The position numbers and the translations under genes were made by a program. From Flavobacteriales bacterium (lineage in GTDB: Bacteria; Bacteroidota; Bacteroidia; Flavobacteriales_C; GCA-002722245), in NCBI GenBank assembly GCA_002722245.1, contig PBLA01000003.1, positions 99,109 to 163,108 of the forward strand: a stretch of 64,000 nt of DNA, written 5' to 3'. Every line of letters starts with the position of its first letter. The stretch's first letter is position 1. This document shows, one piece after another, positions 28,312-37,254 of the stretch. Under the pieces are notes generated by a model, which was not told the DNA's origin, searched no databases, and saw only the letters and a program-made list of their open reading frames with translations.

Positions 28312-31300
28312 TTGAAAACAAACGATTTAAATAATATTCATTCAAATTTAAATGCCTTTATAAGAAGATATTATCTTCGTGATATATATAAAGGATTCAT
28401 AATCACTTTTAGTGGTGGGATTTCTTTACTTACTTTGTTTGCTGTTGCAGAATACTTTTTTCGATTCAGTTCAAACGCCCGTTTATTTTTACTGGTTTCA
28501 TTTACACTTATTTTCCTAATTTCATTTTTTCGATTTTTAGCGCTCCCTTTTCTTCGTTTTTTAGGCATCATTCATAAAATTTCTGAAGAACAGGCATCTA
28601 AACTAATTGGAAAGTATTTCACAGACGTAAATGATCAATTAACCAACCTTTTACAACTAGAGAAAAGCGAGTCAAATGAATTAACTCTTGCTAGTATTGA
28701 TCAAAAAGCAAAAAAAATAGCACCGTTTGAATTTAAAAAAGCGGTTTCCTTTCGAGATGTTTTTAAAATGGTCAAATGGTCTTTCATACCTCTTGCCGTT
28801 GTGATGATAATAAGCCTTTGGAATGCAAAAATAATTACTAAAGGAACAGAAAGAATCGTAAACTTTAATCAAACATTTGTTCCAGAAAACCCATACAAAT
28901 TTAAGATTGTAAACACTCATTTTTCCGTTTTACGTAACGATCAATATACCTTCCAAATTGAATTTACTGGAGAGAAAGTTCCACATGATGTTTACATTAT
29001 TGAAAATAATAAACAGTATAGATTTTCAAAGAAAAGCATGTCGGTTTTTGAATTTGTGTTTAGAAATGTTCAAAAGCCACTTCGTTTTCAAGTTAACACA
29101 GGAGGTTATTTAAGTAACTATTTTCAATTAAACCTTATTGAAAAACCTGCTATTTCTAATTTTAGTGTAGCGTTAAATTTTCCTGCTTACACAAAAAAGA
29201 AAAGAAAAGTACTTCACAATAATGGAGATCTTTTTATTCCAGAGGGAACAGAAATTAAATGGCTATTAAAATCTCATTTTGTTGACCAGGTCATATTTAC
29301 AATAAATGATTCTCTATCATCTCTATCACCTGTGGAAAATCGCATTATTTTTAAAACACAAGCTTTATCCTCTTTTAATTACAGCATAACACCAAAAAAT
29401 ACAGATGGAATACTAGGTGATAAAATGGATTATTCTGTGAACGTTATTAAAGATAATTATCCTCAAATAAAAGTGAAGAATATTCAAGACTCCATACATC
29501 CTTTCTTTCTTTTTCACTCTGGACTTATCGCTGATGATTATGGTTTTAAATCTTTACGTTTCTGTTTTCAAAATAATGACACAAGTGGTTTTATACCTAT
29601 TCCAGTTCCAACAACTGAATTTCAATACAGTTTTAATCATGGGATAAATATCAAAGAACTCGGATTTGAAGCTGGTAGCAATTTTTCTTATTATTTTGAA
29701 GTATTTGATAACGATGCTGTAAATGGTTCAAAATCAACTAAAAGTACATTACAATCATATGATATCCCGTCAAAAAAAGATATCGAAGAATTATTGGCAA
29801 ATAACCGTAAATCAATCAAAAATCAATTGGATCAAAATATGAACGAAGTACAAAATCTTCAAAAAGAATATGAAGATCTTCAAAAAATGATGTCCTCCAA
29901 GAAAAAGATGGACTGGCAAGACAAAGCGAGGCTTGAGCAATTTATGAACCATCAAAATCAATTAAAAAATCAATTAGAACAGCTGCAATTCGATCAAGAA
30001 AAAAATAACTATCAAAAAGATCAGCTCTCCCCACTGGAAGAGACTATTCTCAAAAAGCAGGAACAAATTAATAAGCTCTTTGAAGAATTAATGGACGAAG
30101 AAACAAAAAAGCTCTTCGAAGAATTAGAAAAATTATTAGAAAATTTTCAAGAAGAAAAAATTAAAGAAACTCTCGAAGAAATGAATCTAAGTAACGAGGC
30201 ATTAGAAAAAGAACTGGACAGAACGCTAGAAATGTTTAAACAATTGGAGTTCGATCAAAAACTTGAAGAAACGATTGAAAAACTTGATCAATTAGCTAAA
30301 AAGCAAGAAGAGGCCTCCGAAGAAACCCGTGAGAATAAAGAATTAACAAAAGAAGAACTTCAGGAAAAACAAAAAAACATCAATAAGGAATTTGAGGAAA
30401 TACAACATAATATTGAAGAACTGCAACAGCAAAATGAAGAGTTGGAATATAAACGCAATTTTGAACGTTCGCAAGATCAACAAGAAGAGATAAAACAAGA
30501 CCAACAAAAAAGTGAAGAAGAAATTCAAAACAACAACACAAAAAAGGCTTCCAAAAGTCAAAAAAACGCTGCAGAAAAAATGAAAAAATTATCTGAACAG
30601 ATGAAAAAAATGCAACAAGACCAAAAAATGGAACAGCAAATGGAGGACATGAATAGTTTACGACAAATACTTGAAAATCTTATCTCGCTCTCTGTTGAAC
30701 AAGAAGATTTAATGAAAAAAATAAAAACTACGAACAGATTTGATCCTCGTTTTCCAGTATTAGCAACCACACAAGGTAATTTAAAAGAAAGTGCTAAAAT
30801 TATAGAGGATTCACTGCTTGCTCTTTCTAAAAGACAAATTAGCCTCCAAACCATCGTGAACAAAGAAATACTAGATATTAAATACAATATGGATAAATCG
30901 ATTGACTTTTTAAGGGAAAGAAAAAATTATAATGCCGCTATGAAGCAACAATACGTTATGACAGCAGCCAATAATCTTGCCCTCTTATTAGATGAATCCC
31001 TCCAACAAATGCAAGAACAAATGCGAAAGCAACAAGGTGGTGGAAACTGCACTAAACCAGGAGGAGCTCAACCTAAACCAGGATCCATACAAAACATCAA
31101 ACAAATGCAAAAACAACTTTCTGAACAAATGCAAAAAATGATGAAAGAATTGCAAAATGGTAAAAAACCAGGTAAGCAAGGAAAAAATGGCAAAAATGGA
31201 TTAGCCAAATCACTTGCGCAAATGGCTGCACAGCAAAATGCCATAAAAGAACAACTAAAGAAGCTTCAGGAGGAAAATAAGAAACAAGGTGGAGGCCTTG

Positions 31301-31623
31301 GTGATTTAAAAAGTTTACTGGATCAGCTCGATCAAAACGAACGTGACATACTCAATAAAAATATTTCCAGAGAAACCATTTTACGTCAGCAAGAGATAAT
31401 GAGTAAACTCTTAAAAGCTGAAAATGCGCAAAGAGAAAGAGAATTAGATAAAAAAAGAATCTCGAAAAAAGGGATAAATACATTTAAACGTAACCCTGAA
31501 GATTTTTCATCGTATGAGACCTTCGAGTTAAAAGAAAAGGAAGCTATTAAAACTATTCCGTCATCTTTTAATTTGTATTATAAGAAGAAAATAAGCGAAT
31601 ATTTTAATAAATTTGACGAATAA
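28312..31623 (+). CDS. Large membrane-anchored protein with ~600-aa Q/E/K-rich coiled-coil region (DUF4175-like)
   Basis: Two N-terminal TM helices, a ~450-aa beta-rich region, then an extended low-complexity coiled coil (EELEKLLENFQEEKIKETLEEMN..., QQ/KK runs). TTG start. Confidence 0.5.
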   Translation: MKTNDLNNIHSNLNAFIRRYYLRDIYKGFIITFSGGISLLTLFAVAEYFFRFSSNARLFLLVSFTLIFLISFFRFLALPFLRFLGIIHKISEEQASKLIGKYFTDVNDQLTNLLQLEKSESNELTLASIDQKAKKIAPFEFKKAVSFRDVFKMVKWSFIPLAVVMIISLWNAKIITKGTERIVNFNQTFVPENPYKFKIVNTHFSVLRNDQYTFQIEFTGEKVPHDVYIIENNKQYRFSKKSMSVFEFVFRNVQKPLRFQVNTGGYLSNYFQLNLIEKPAISNFSVALNFPAYTKKKRKVLHNNGDLFIPEGTEIKWLLKSHFVDQVIFTINDSLSSLSPVENRIIFKTQALSSFNYSITPKNTDGILGDKMDYSVNVIKDNYPQIKVKNIQDSIHPFFLFHSGLIADDYGFKSLRFCFQNNDTSGFIPIPVPTTEFQYSFNHGINIKELGFEAGSNFSYYFEVFDNDAVNGSKSTKSTLQSYDIPSKKDIEELLANNRKSIKNQLDQNMNEVQNLQKEYEDLQKMMSSKKKMDWQDKARLEQFMNHQNQLKNQLEQLQFDQEKNNYQKDQLSPLEETILKKQEQINKLFEELMDEETKKLFEELEKLLENFQEEKIKETLEEMNLSNEALEKELDRTLEMFKQLEFDQKLEETIEKLDQLAKKQEEASEETRENKELTKEELQEKQKNINKEFEEIQHNIEELQQQNEELEYKRNFERSQDQQEEIKQDQQKSEEEIQNNNTKKASKSQKNAAEKMKKLSEQMKKMQQDQKMEQQMEDMNSLRQILENLISLSVEQEDLMKKIKTTNRFDPRFPVLATTQGNLKESAKIIEDSLLALSKRQISLQTIVNKEILDIKYNMDKSIDFLRERKNYNAAMKQQYVMTAANNLALLLDESLQQMQEQMRKQQGGGNCTKPGGAQPKPGSIQNIKQMQKQLSEQMQKMMKELQNGKKPGKQGKNGKNGLAKSLAQMAAQQNAIKEQLKKLQEENKKQGGGLGDLKSLLDQLDQNERDILNKNISRETILRQQEIMSKLLKAENAQRERELDKKRISKKGINTFKRNPEDFSSYETFELKEKEAIKTIPSSFNLYYKKKISEYFNKFDE

Positions 31624-31635
31624 CCGAATACAACA

Positions 31636-32079
31636 ATGGGGCAAAAACTATCTTTTCCTTCAAAGGCTGAAAACCTTAACCAAGTTGAAGTTTTAATAAA
31701 CAGTGTATGTGAAGACTTTGAGGTTAATGAGGATTACTACGGAAACATTTTAATTGCTTTAACAGAAGCGGTGAATAATGCAATACATCACGGTAATAAA
31801 TCAAATCCTGAGAAACAAGTCAAACTTAGTTTTGATGCAGCAGATACAATATTAAAATTTACAATTGAGGATGAAGGTGCAGGTTTTGATTTTAATAATC
31901 TACCTGATCCCACTGACCCTCAGAATATTGAAAAACCACATGGTAGAGGTGTTTTTTTAATGAGAAACCTCTGCGATGATCTAGAATTTGAAGAGGATGG
32001 TGCTAAGGTTATTATGAGTTTCAATATTAATGATGATTTATTAAAGCAAGTTCAAAAAGAAAAAGAAGAAGAAGTTTAA
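31636..32079 (+). CDS. GHKL-type ATP-binding protein, anti-sigma-factor/RsbW-like (HATPase_c_2)
   Basis: ALTEAVNNAIHHGN (N-box), IEDEGAGFDF (G1) and GRGVFLMRNLCDDLEF (G2-like); 147 aa. Confidence 0.65.
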   Translation: MGQKLSFPSKAENLNQVEVLINSVCEDFEVNEDYYGNILIALTEAVNNAIHHGNKSNPEKQVKLSFDAADTILKFTIEDEGAGFDFNNLPDPTDPQNIEKPHGRGVFLMRNLCDDLEFEEDGAKVIMSFNINDDLLKQVQKEKEEEV

Positions 32080-32516
32080 TGAAAACACCTCGTGAAGTCC
32101 ACTTCGATTTTCACAGCGAAGACATACAATTTAATTTAGATAAAAAGCCGGCGATCATTAGCTGGCTTTCTTTTTCCATAAACCAAGAAGGTAAATTACC
32201 TGGTGAACTATCTTACATATTTTGTTCCGATGATTTTTTACTTAACTTGAATAAAAAATACCTCAATCATCATACCTTGACTGATATTATTACATTTGAT
32301 TATTGTGAGAATAATATTATAAATGGTGAAATGTTTATTAGTATTGATCGCATAAGTGAAAACGCACATGAATTTGGCGTATCATTCATAGATGAACTTC
32401 ATCGAGTAATGGTTCATGGTGTTCTTCATCTATGTGGATTTAAAGATAAAACACCTGAGGACCAAAAAGTTATGAGCATGAAAGAGGATTTTTACCTAAA
32501 TTTGCGCAACTTTTAA
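32079..32516 (+). CDS. ybeY: rRNA maturation endoribonuclease YbeY
   Basis: HRVMVHGVLHLCGFKD zinc-site region; 145 aa; start overlaps the upstream stop (ATGA). Confidence 0.85.
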   Translation: MKTPREVHFDFHSEDIQFNLDKKPAIISWLSFSINQEGKLPGELSYIFCSDDFLLNLNKKYLNHHTLTDIITFDYCENNIINGEMFISIDRISENAHEFGVSFIDELHRVMVHGVLHLCGFKDKTPEDQKVMSMKEDFYLNLRNF

Positions 32517-32528
32517 TAAATATAATCA

Positions 32529-34400
32529 ATGGGATTTTTTAAAGAATATGATGTTATTGTCGTTGGTGCAGGTCATGCAGGCTGCGAAGCTGCACACGCT
32601 TCTGCAAAATTAGGCAGTAAAACATTACTCATTACTTTAAATATGAATAACATAGCTCAGATGAGCTGTAACCCAGCAGTTGGTGGTATTGCTAAAGGTC
32701 AAATTGTGCGCGAAATTGATGCATTAGGAGGAATGATGGGCATTGTAACAGATGAAACAATGATTCAATCTAAAATGCTCAACAGAAGTAAAGGACCTGC
32801 AATGTGGAGTCCTAGAGCACAGTCAGATCGTATGATGTTTGCTGCATCCTGGAGAACAAAATTAGAACAGAATGAAAATGTAGATTTCTGGCAAGATATG
32901 GTCACTGATGTACTCGTTAAAGGAGATACAATAACAGGAGTAAAAACACAACTCGGGTTAGAATTTGGAGGAAAAGCAGTGATTTTAACAAACGGTACTT
33001 TTCTAAATGGATTAATTCACATTGGTAATAAAAACTTCGGTGGAGGAAGAGCAGCAGAGCGAGCATCAACAGGACTTACAGCTTCACTTGAGCAAATCGG
33101 ATTTCAAAGTGGAAGAATGAAAACCGGTACACCTCCAAGAGTAGATGCAAGATCATTGGATTTTACAAAAATGGAGGAACAACCAGGTGACCCAACACCC
33201 CCTACATTTTCATATACAAACACTAAGCCTTTAAGTAAACAACGAAGTTGTTGGTTAACGTATACCAATTCTGAAGTTCATGATATACTTAAAACAGGAT
33301 TTGATCGCTCACCTATGTTTACTGGTAGAATCCAAGGTTTAGGTCCTCGATATTGTCCCTCTATTGAAGACAAAATTGATCGTTTTTCACAAAGAAATCG
33401 TCATCAAATTTTTGTTGAACCGGAGGGATGGAATACAGTAGAGGTATACGTAAATGGATTTTCAACATCCCTTCCAGAGGATGTTCAATATAAAGCACTA
33501 CAGAAAATAACAGGATTTGAACATGCAAAAATGTTTAGACCAGGTTACGCGATTGAATATGATTTCTTTCCACCTACACAATTAACACATACACTTGAAA
33601 CTAAACAAATAGAAGGTTTATTTTTCGCGGGGCAGATAAACGGAACAACAGGCTATGAAGAAGCTGGTGCACAGGGAATTATTTCTGGAATTAATGCCCA
33701 TTTAAAAGCACATAAAACAAAAGAAAGTTTCATTTTAGGAAGAGATCAAGCATACATTGGTGTTTTAATTGATGACCTTATTACTAAAGGAACAGAAGAA
33801 CCATATCGTATGTTTACTTCGCGCGCAGAATATAGAATTTTGTTAAGACAAGATAATGCGGATCATCGATTAACACCGCTAGGATATGACATCGGTTTAG
33901 CAGATAAATCAAGATATGAAAATGTACAAAAGAAGCATACTGATGTACAAACAATCATTAATGAATTTAAAAATACAAGCGTTCACCCCAACGTTATAAA
34001 TCCAATATTAAAAGAGAAAAAAAGCGCATTAATAAAACAAAAAATAAAAGCTTACGGTCTTGCATTACGACCGCAACTTACACTAAACGACTTAAGAAAA
34101 GATCCATTTATTGATAGAATTTTAATCAATCAAACTGACGAAGTGATTGAGCAAGCAGAAATACTCATGAAGTACGAGGGTTATATTTCAAAAGAACAGG
34201 ATATGGCTAATAAGTTAAAGAAGATTGACACAATCAAAATTAAATCGGATTTTAACTATAGTGTGATTAAAACGCTTTCTGCAGAAGCTATTCAAAAACT
34301 ATCTTCAATTCAACCAACTAATCTTGGTCAAGCAAGTAGAATATCTGGGGTAAGCCCCTCTGATATTTCAAACATTATGATTTATCTCGAAAAAAAATAA
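32529..34400 (+). CDS. mnmG: tRNA uridine 5-carboxymethylaminomethyl modification enzyme MnmG (GidA)
   Basis: FAD-binding YDVIVVGAGHAGCEAA N-terminus; 623 aa; conserved internal motifs (GPRYCPSIEDK). Confidence 0.9.
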   Translation: MGFFKEYDVIVVGAGHAGCEAAHASAKLGSKTLLITLNMNNIAQMSCNPAVGGIAKGQIVREIDALGGMMGIVTDETMIQSKMLNRSKGPAMWSPRAQSDRMMFAASWRTKLEQNENVDFWQDMVTDVLVKGDTITGVKTQLGLEFGGKAVILTNGTFLNGLIHIGNKNFGGGRAAERASTGLTASLEQIGFQSGRMKTGTPPRVDARSLDFTKMEEQPGDPTPPTFSYTNTKPLSKQRSCWLTYTNSEVHDILKTGFDRSPMFTGRIQGLGPRYCPSIEDKIDRFSQRNRHQIFVEPEGWNTVEVYVNGFSTSLPEDVQYKALQKITGFEHAKMFRPGYAIEYDFFPPTQLTHTLETKQIEGLFFAGQINGTTGYEEAGAQGIISGINAHLKAHKTKESFILGRDQAYIGVLIDDLITKGTEEPYRMFTSRAEYRILLRQDNADHRLTPLGYDIGLADKSRYENVQKKHTDVQTIINEFKNTSVHPNVINPILKEKKSALIKQKIKAYGLALRPQLTLNDLRKDPFIDRILINQTDEVIEQAEILMKYEGYISKEQDMANKLKKIDTIKIKSDFNYSVIKTLSAEAIQKLSSIQPTNLGQASRISGVSPSDISNIMIYLEKK

Positions 34401-34403
34401 TAT

Positions 34404-34448
34404 TGTTCCACGTGGAACATGTAAATTAATGATGTTCCACGTGGAACA
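34404..34448. promoter_or_regulatory. Two identical perfect 16-bp palindromes, 29 bp start-to-start, abutting the downstream start codon (putative operator pair)
   Basis: Each palindrome is its own reverse complement, which indicates a dimeric DNA-binding-protein site. Confidence 0.5.
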
Positions 34449-35453
34449 ATGAAAGTTATGGCAAACTATCTCGATATTCAAGAACGTATCTTAGAGGAAA
34501 TAAAAACAAAATCAGAAGGTAAACTTGTTGATGTACTTACTGAAACACTCGCTATAAGTTCTGATAGTGCATATCGTCGAATCCGATTAGAAAAAATTTT
34601 CACACTCGATGAACTCATCCGATTAAGTAATGCATTTAACATCTCAATAGATCAACACATATCTAGTAAATCGGCTGATTCTGTTTTATTTTCGTTTCCG
34701 TTTAAGTCTTCTCAATTTAATATGGAAGATTATTTCGAAAAAATACTTAATCACCTAACCAAAGTAAACAAGGCTAACGGAGTGATGTATTATTCATCTA
34801 AGGACATACCTATCTTTCACTTTTTCCAAGATCAAAAATTGCTAGCATTTAAACTACATTACTGGCTCAATACTATGAATAATACAACTCATGGATTAAA
34901 TACAGATTTTAATTACGATTTTGTCCCAGCATCACTCGCTCAATTAACAAAGAAAATATATACAGTATATTGTCAAATAGATACGCACGAAATATGGAAT
35001 TATGAAACATTAACACGAACATCTACACAAATAACTTATTACTATGAACTAGGAATCATAAATGAAGTTCAAGCAAACGAACTCCAAAATAGATTAATAG
35101 ATCTATGTACACATTTAGAAATTGAATGTGCAACGGGTAAAATGTTTTTTATGGATCATGAGTGTTTAACAAAGGATGAGAATTATCGTTTCTATTTTAA
35201 TGAAATAATAGCTGCAGATAATTCTATATATGCCGAATACAACGGCATAAAAGAATCATTTTTACCACATATTGTATTAAACTATATGACTACGGATAAT
35301 GAAGTGTATTCTAACTTTAATAAATCTGTATTTGATAATGTAATCAATAAATCTACCTTGATAACAAAGGTTAACGAAAAGGATAGAAAGAAATTTTTTA
35401 ATTACAATAAAAAATTCATTCAACAGCAAATTCAAAAAATAGAACTTATATAG
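34449..35453 (+). CDS. Putative HTH transcriptional regulator with uncharacterised ~250-aa C-terminal domain
   Basis: N-terminal helix-turn-helix-like segment (LVDVLTETLAISSDSAYRRIRLEK...LIRLSNAF); rest unrecognised. Immediately preceded by the tandem palindromes. Confidence 0.45.
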   Translation: MKVMANYLDIQERILEEIKTKSEGKLVDVLTETLAISSDSAYRRIRLEKIFTLDELIRLSNAFNISIDQHISSKSADSVLFSFPFKSSQFNMEDYFEKILNHLTKVNKANGVMYYSSKDIPIFHFFQDQKLLAFKLHYWLNTMNNTTHGLNTDFNYDFVPASLAQLTKKIYTVYCQIDTHEIWNYETLTRTSTQITYYYELGIINEVQANELQNRLIDLCTHLEIECATGKMFFMDHECLTKDENYRFYFNEIIAADNSIYAEYNGIKESFLPHIVLNYMTTDNEVYSNFNKSVFDNVINKSTLITKVNEKDRKKFFNYNKKFIQQQIQKIELI

Positions 35454-37244
35454 TCACTTTTTAAGATATTTCATAACAATACTAGCCTTGTAAACACCTA
35501 TAACACCCTGTATATCAGACATATCAGCCTTTTTTATCTTTTCTACACTCTTAAATTCTTTCAATAACTTTTGTCTTGTTTTTAGGCCTATCCCGGGAAT
35601 ATTATCAAGTTCAGATTCAATCATAGTTCGCTCTCTTCGTTTACGATGATGTTGAATTCCAAATCTATGGGCTTCATTACGCATAAATTGAATCAATTTA
35701 AGAGCTTCACTTTTCTTGTCAATATAGATAGGAAACTGGTCACCTGGAAAGAAAATTTCTTCTAAACGTTTGGCAATTCCAATAATAGGTATCTTATCCG
35801 ATAAATCAATAGCTTCTAACGCATTGATGGCTGCACTTAGTTGACCTTTACCACCATCAATTATAATTAAATCTGGCAAAGTACGATTTTCCTTAACCAA
35901 TCGTGTATAACGCCGATTAATCACTTCCCTCATAGAAGCATAATCATCAGGACCTTTAACTGTTTTAATTATAAAATGACGGTATTCAGATTTAGAAGGT
36001 TTTGCATCCTTAAACACAACACATGCACTCACGGGATTTGTTCCTTGAATGTTACTATTATCAAAACATTCAATATGCCTTGGGAGTTTGGATAAATGTA
36101 ATCTTTTTTTAAGTTCTTCTAATACGCGCTGATTTGGAATTTCTGGTGTGGTTTCCACCTTGCTTTTATCTAAACCATATAATTTAGCATTTCGGACAGA
36201 TAATTCAATAAGTTTCTTTTTATCACCAATTTTAGGTACAACAAAACGAAAATTAGTAAACTGATTTCCAATATGATAAGGTATTAATACTTCCCTACTT
36301 TGTGAATTATATTCAGCTCTTATACTGATAATATAATGCATAAGTACATCCTCTTTCGACTCATTAAGTTTGATTTTCGCCTCAGCTGTATGGCTTTGAA
36401 TAATAGCACCATCAATTACTTTAAAATAATTCACAAAGAATCTGTTTTTATACTCGAAAATACCAAATACATCAACATTTGAAATACTGGTTGAAACAAC
36501 GGTGGATTTACTTTGATATGACTCAATTTGTTGAAGTGAAACTTTTAATGCTTGAGCTTGCTCAAAGAAAAGCTGTTCCGACTGTTCAATCATTTTATGT
36601 TTTAACCATTGTTTTACACCATTTATATTTCCTTTTAAAATATTTTTAATCTGATCGATTTTTTCTGCATATATATCCACATTCTCCTCTCCTACACACG
36701 GACCTTTGCAATTACCTAAATGATATTCAAGACATACAGAGAATTTTTTAGCTTGAATATTTGTTGCGTTTAAATTTAAATTACAATTACGAAGAGGAAA
36801 CAATTGAGAAATTAAATCTAACAGTGTATTAACCATTTTAACGGATGTATAAGGTCCAAAATAAACTGAACCATCCCGAACTACATTACGTGTGCTAAAA
36901 ACCCTTGGAAATGGCTCTTTTTTTATACAAATCCAAGGATAAGACTTATCATCCTTTAATAAAATATTATAAGGAGGTTGAAATTCTTTGATTAAACTAT
37001 TCTCTAACAATAGTGCATCTTGCTCAGTTGGAACAACAATAAATTGAATATCAACAATCTTCTCCACTAAAAGTTTTGTCTTACCAGTATGTCTACCTGT
37101 AAAATAACTTCTAACTCGTTTCTTGAGTTGTTTAGCCTTTCCAACATAGATTAATTGATTCTTATGATCATAAAATCGATACACACCAGCCTGAAGAGGA
37201 AGAGCAGATAAAATCTTTTGAAGATGTAAAGAAATAGTAGCCAT
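35454..37244 (-). CDS. uvrC: Excinuclease ABC subunit C
   Basis: GIY-YIG N-terminus (GVYRFYDHKNQLIYVGKAKQLKKRVRSYF), UvrC central and C-terminal (HhH) regions; 596 aa. Confidence 0.9.
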   Translation of the reverse strand: MATISLHLQKILSALPLQAGVYRFYDHKNQLIYVGKAKQLKKRVRSYFTGRHTGKTKLLVEKIVDIQFIVVPTEQDALLLENSLIKEFQPPYNILLKDDKSYPWICIKKEPFPRVFSTRNVVRDGSVYFGPYTSVKMVNTLLDLISQLFPLRNCNLNLNATNIQAKKFSVCLEYHLGNCKGPCVGEENVDIYAEKIDQIKNILKGNINGVKQWLKHKMIEQSEQLFFEQAQALKVSLQQIESYQSKSTVVSTSISNVDVFGIFEYKNRFFVNYFKVIDGAIIQSHTAEAKIKLNESKEDVLMHYIISIRAEYNSQSREVLIPYHIGNQFTNFRFVVPKIGDKKKLIELSVRNAKLYGLDKSKVETTPEIPNQRVLEELKKRLHLSKLPRHIECFDNSNIQGTNPVSACVVFKDAKPSKSEYRHFIIKTVKGPDDYASMREVINRRYTRLVKENRTLPDLIIIDGGKGQLSAAINALEAIDLSDKIPIIGIAKRLEEIFFPGDQFPIYIDKKSEALKLIQFMRNEAHRFGIQHHRKRRERTMIESELDNIPGIGLKTRQKLLKEFKSVEKIKKADMSDIQGVIGVYKASIVMKYLKK

Positions 37245-37254
37245 TTACATAAAA

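Noticed and set aside
30343-31179. Minus-strand ORFs encoding poly-Phe/Leu peptides inside the coiled-coil gene
   Set aside because: They are an artefact of the GAA/AAG-rich coiled-coil coding region read on the antisense strand.
32400-32460. YbeY zinc site reads HGVLHLCGFKD, with the third canonical His aligned to Asp
   Set aside because: The first two His are intact and the protein is otherwise typical. I suspect this is the normal Bacteroidota variant rather than an inactivated enzyme, and I cannot verify it without an alignment.
34411-34416. CACGTG 'E-box' core inside the palindromes
   Set aside because: E-box/bHLH recognition is eukaryotic. Here the significance lies in the full 16-bp bacterial operator-like palindrome.
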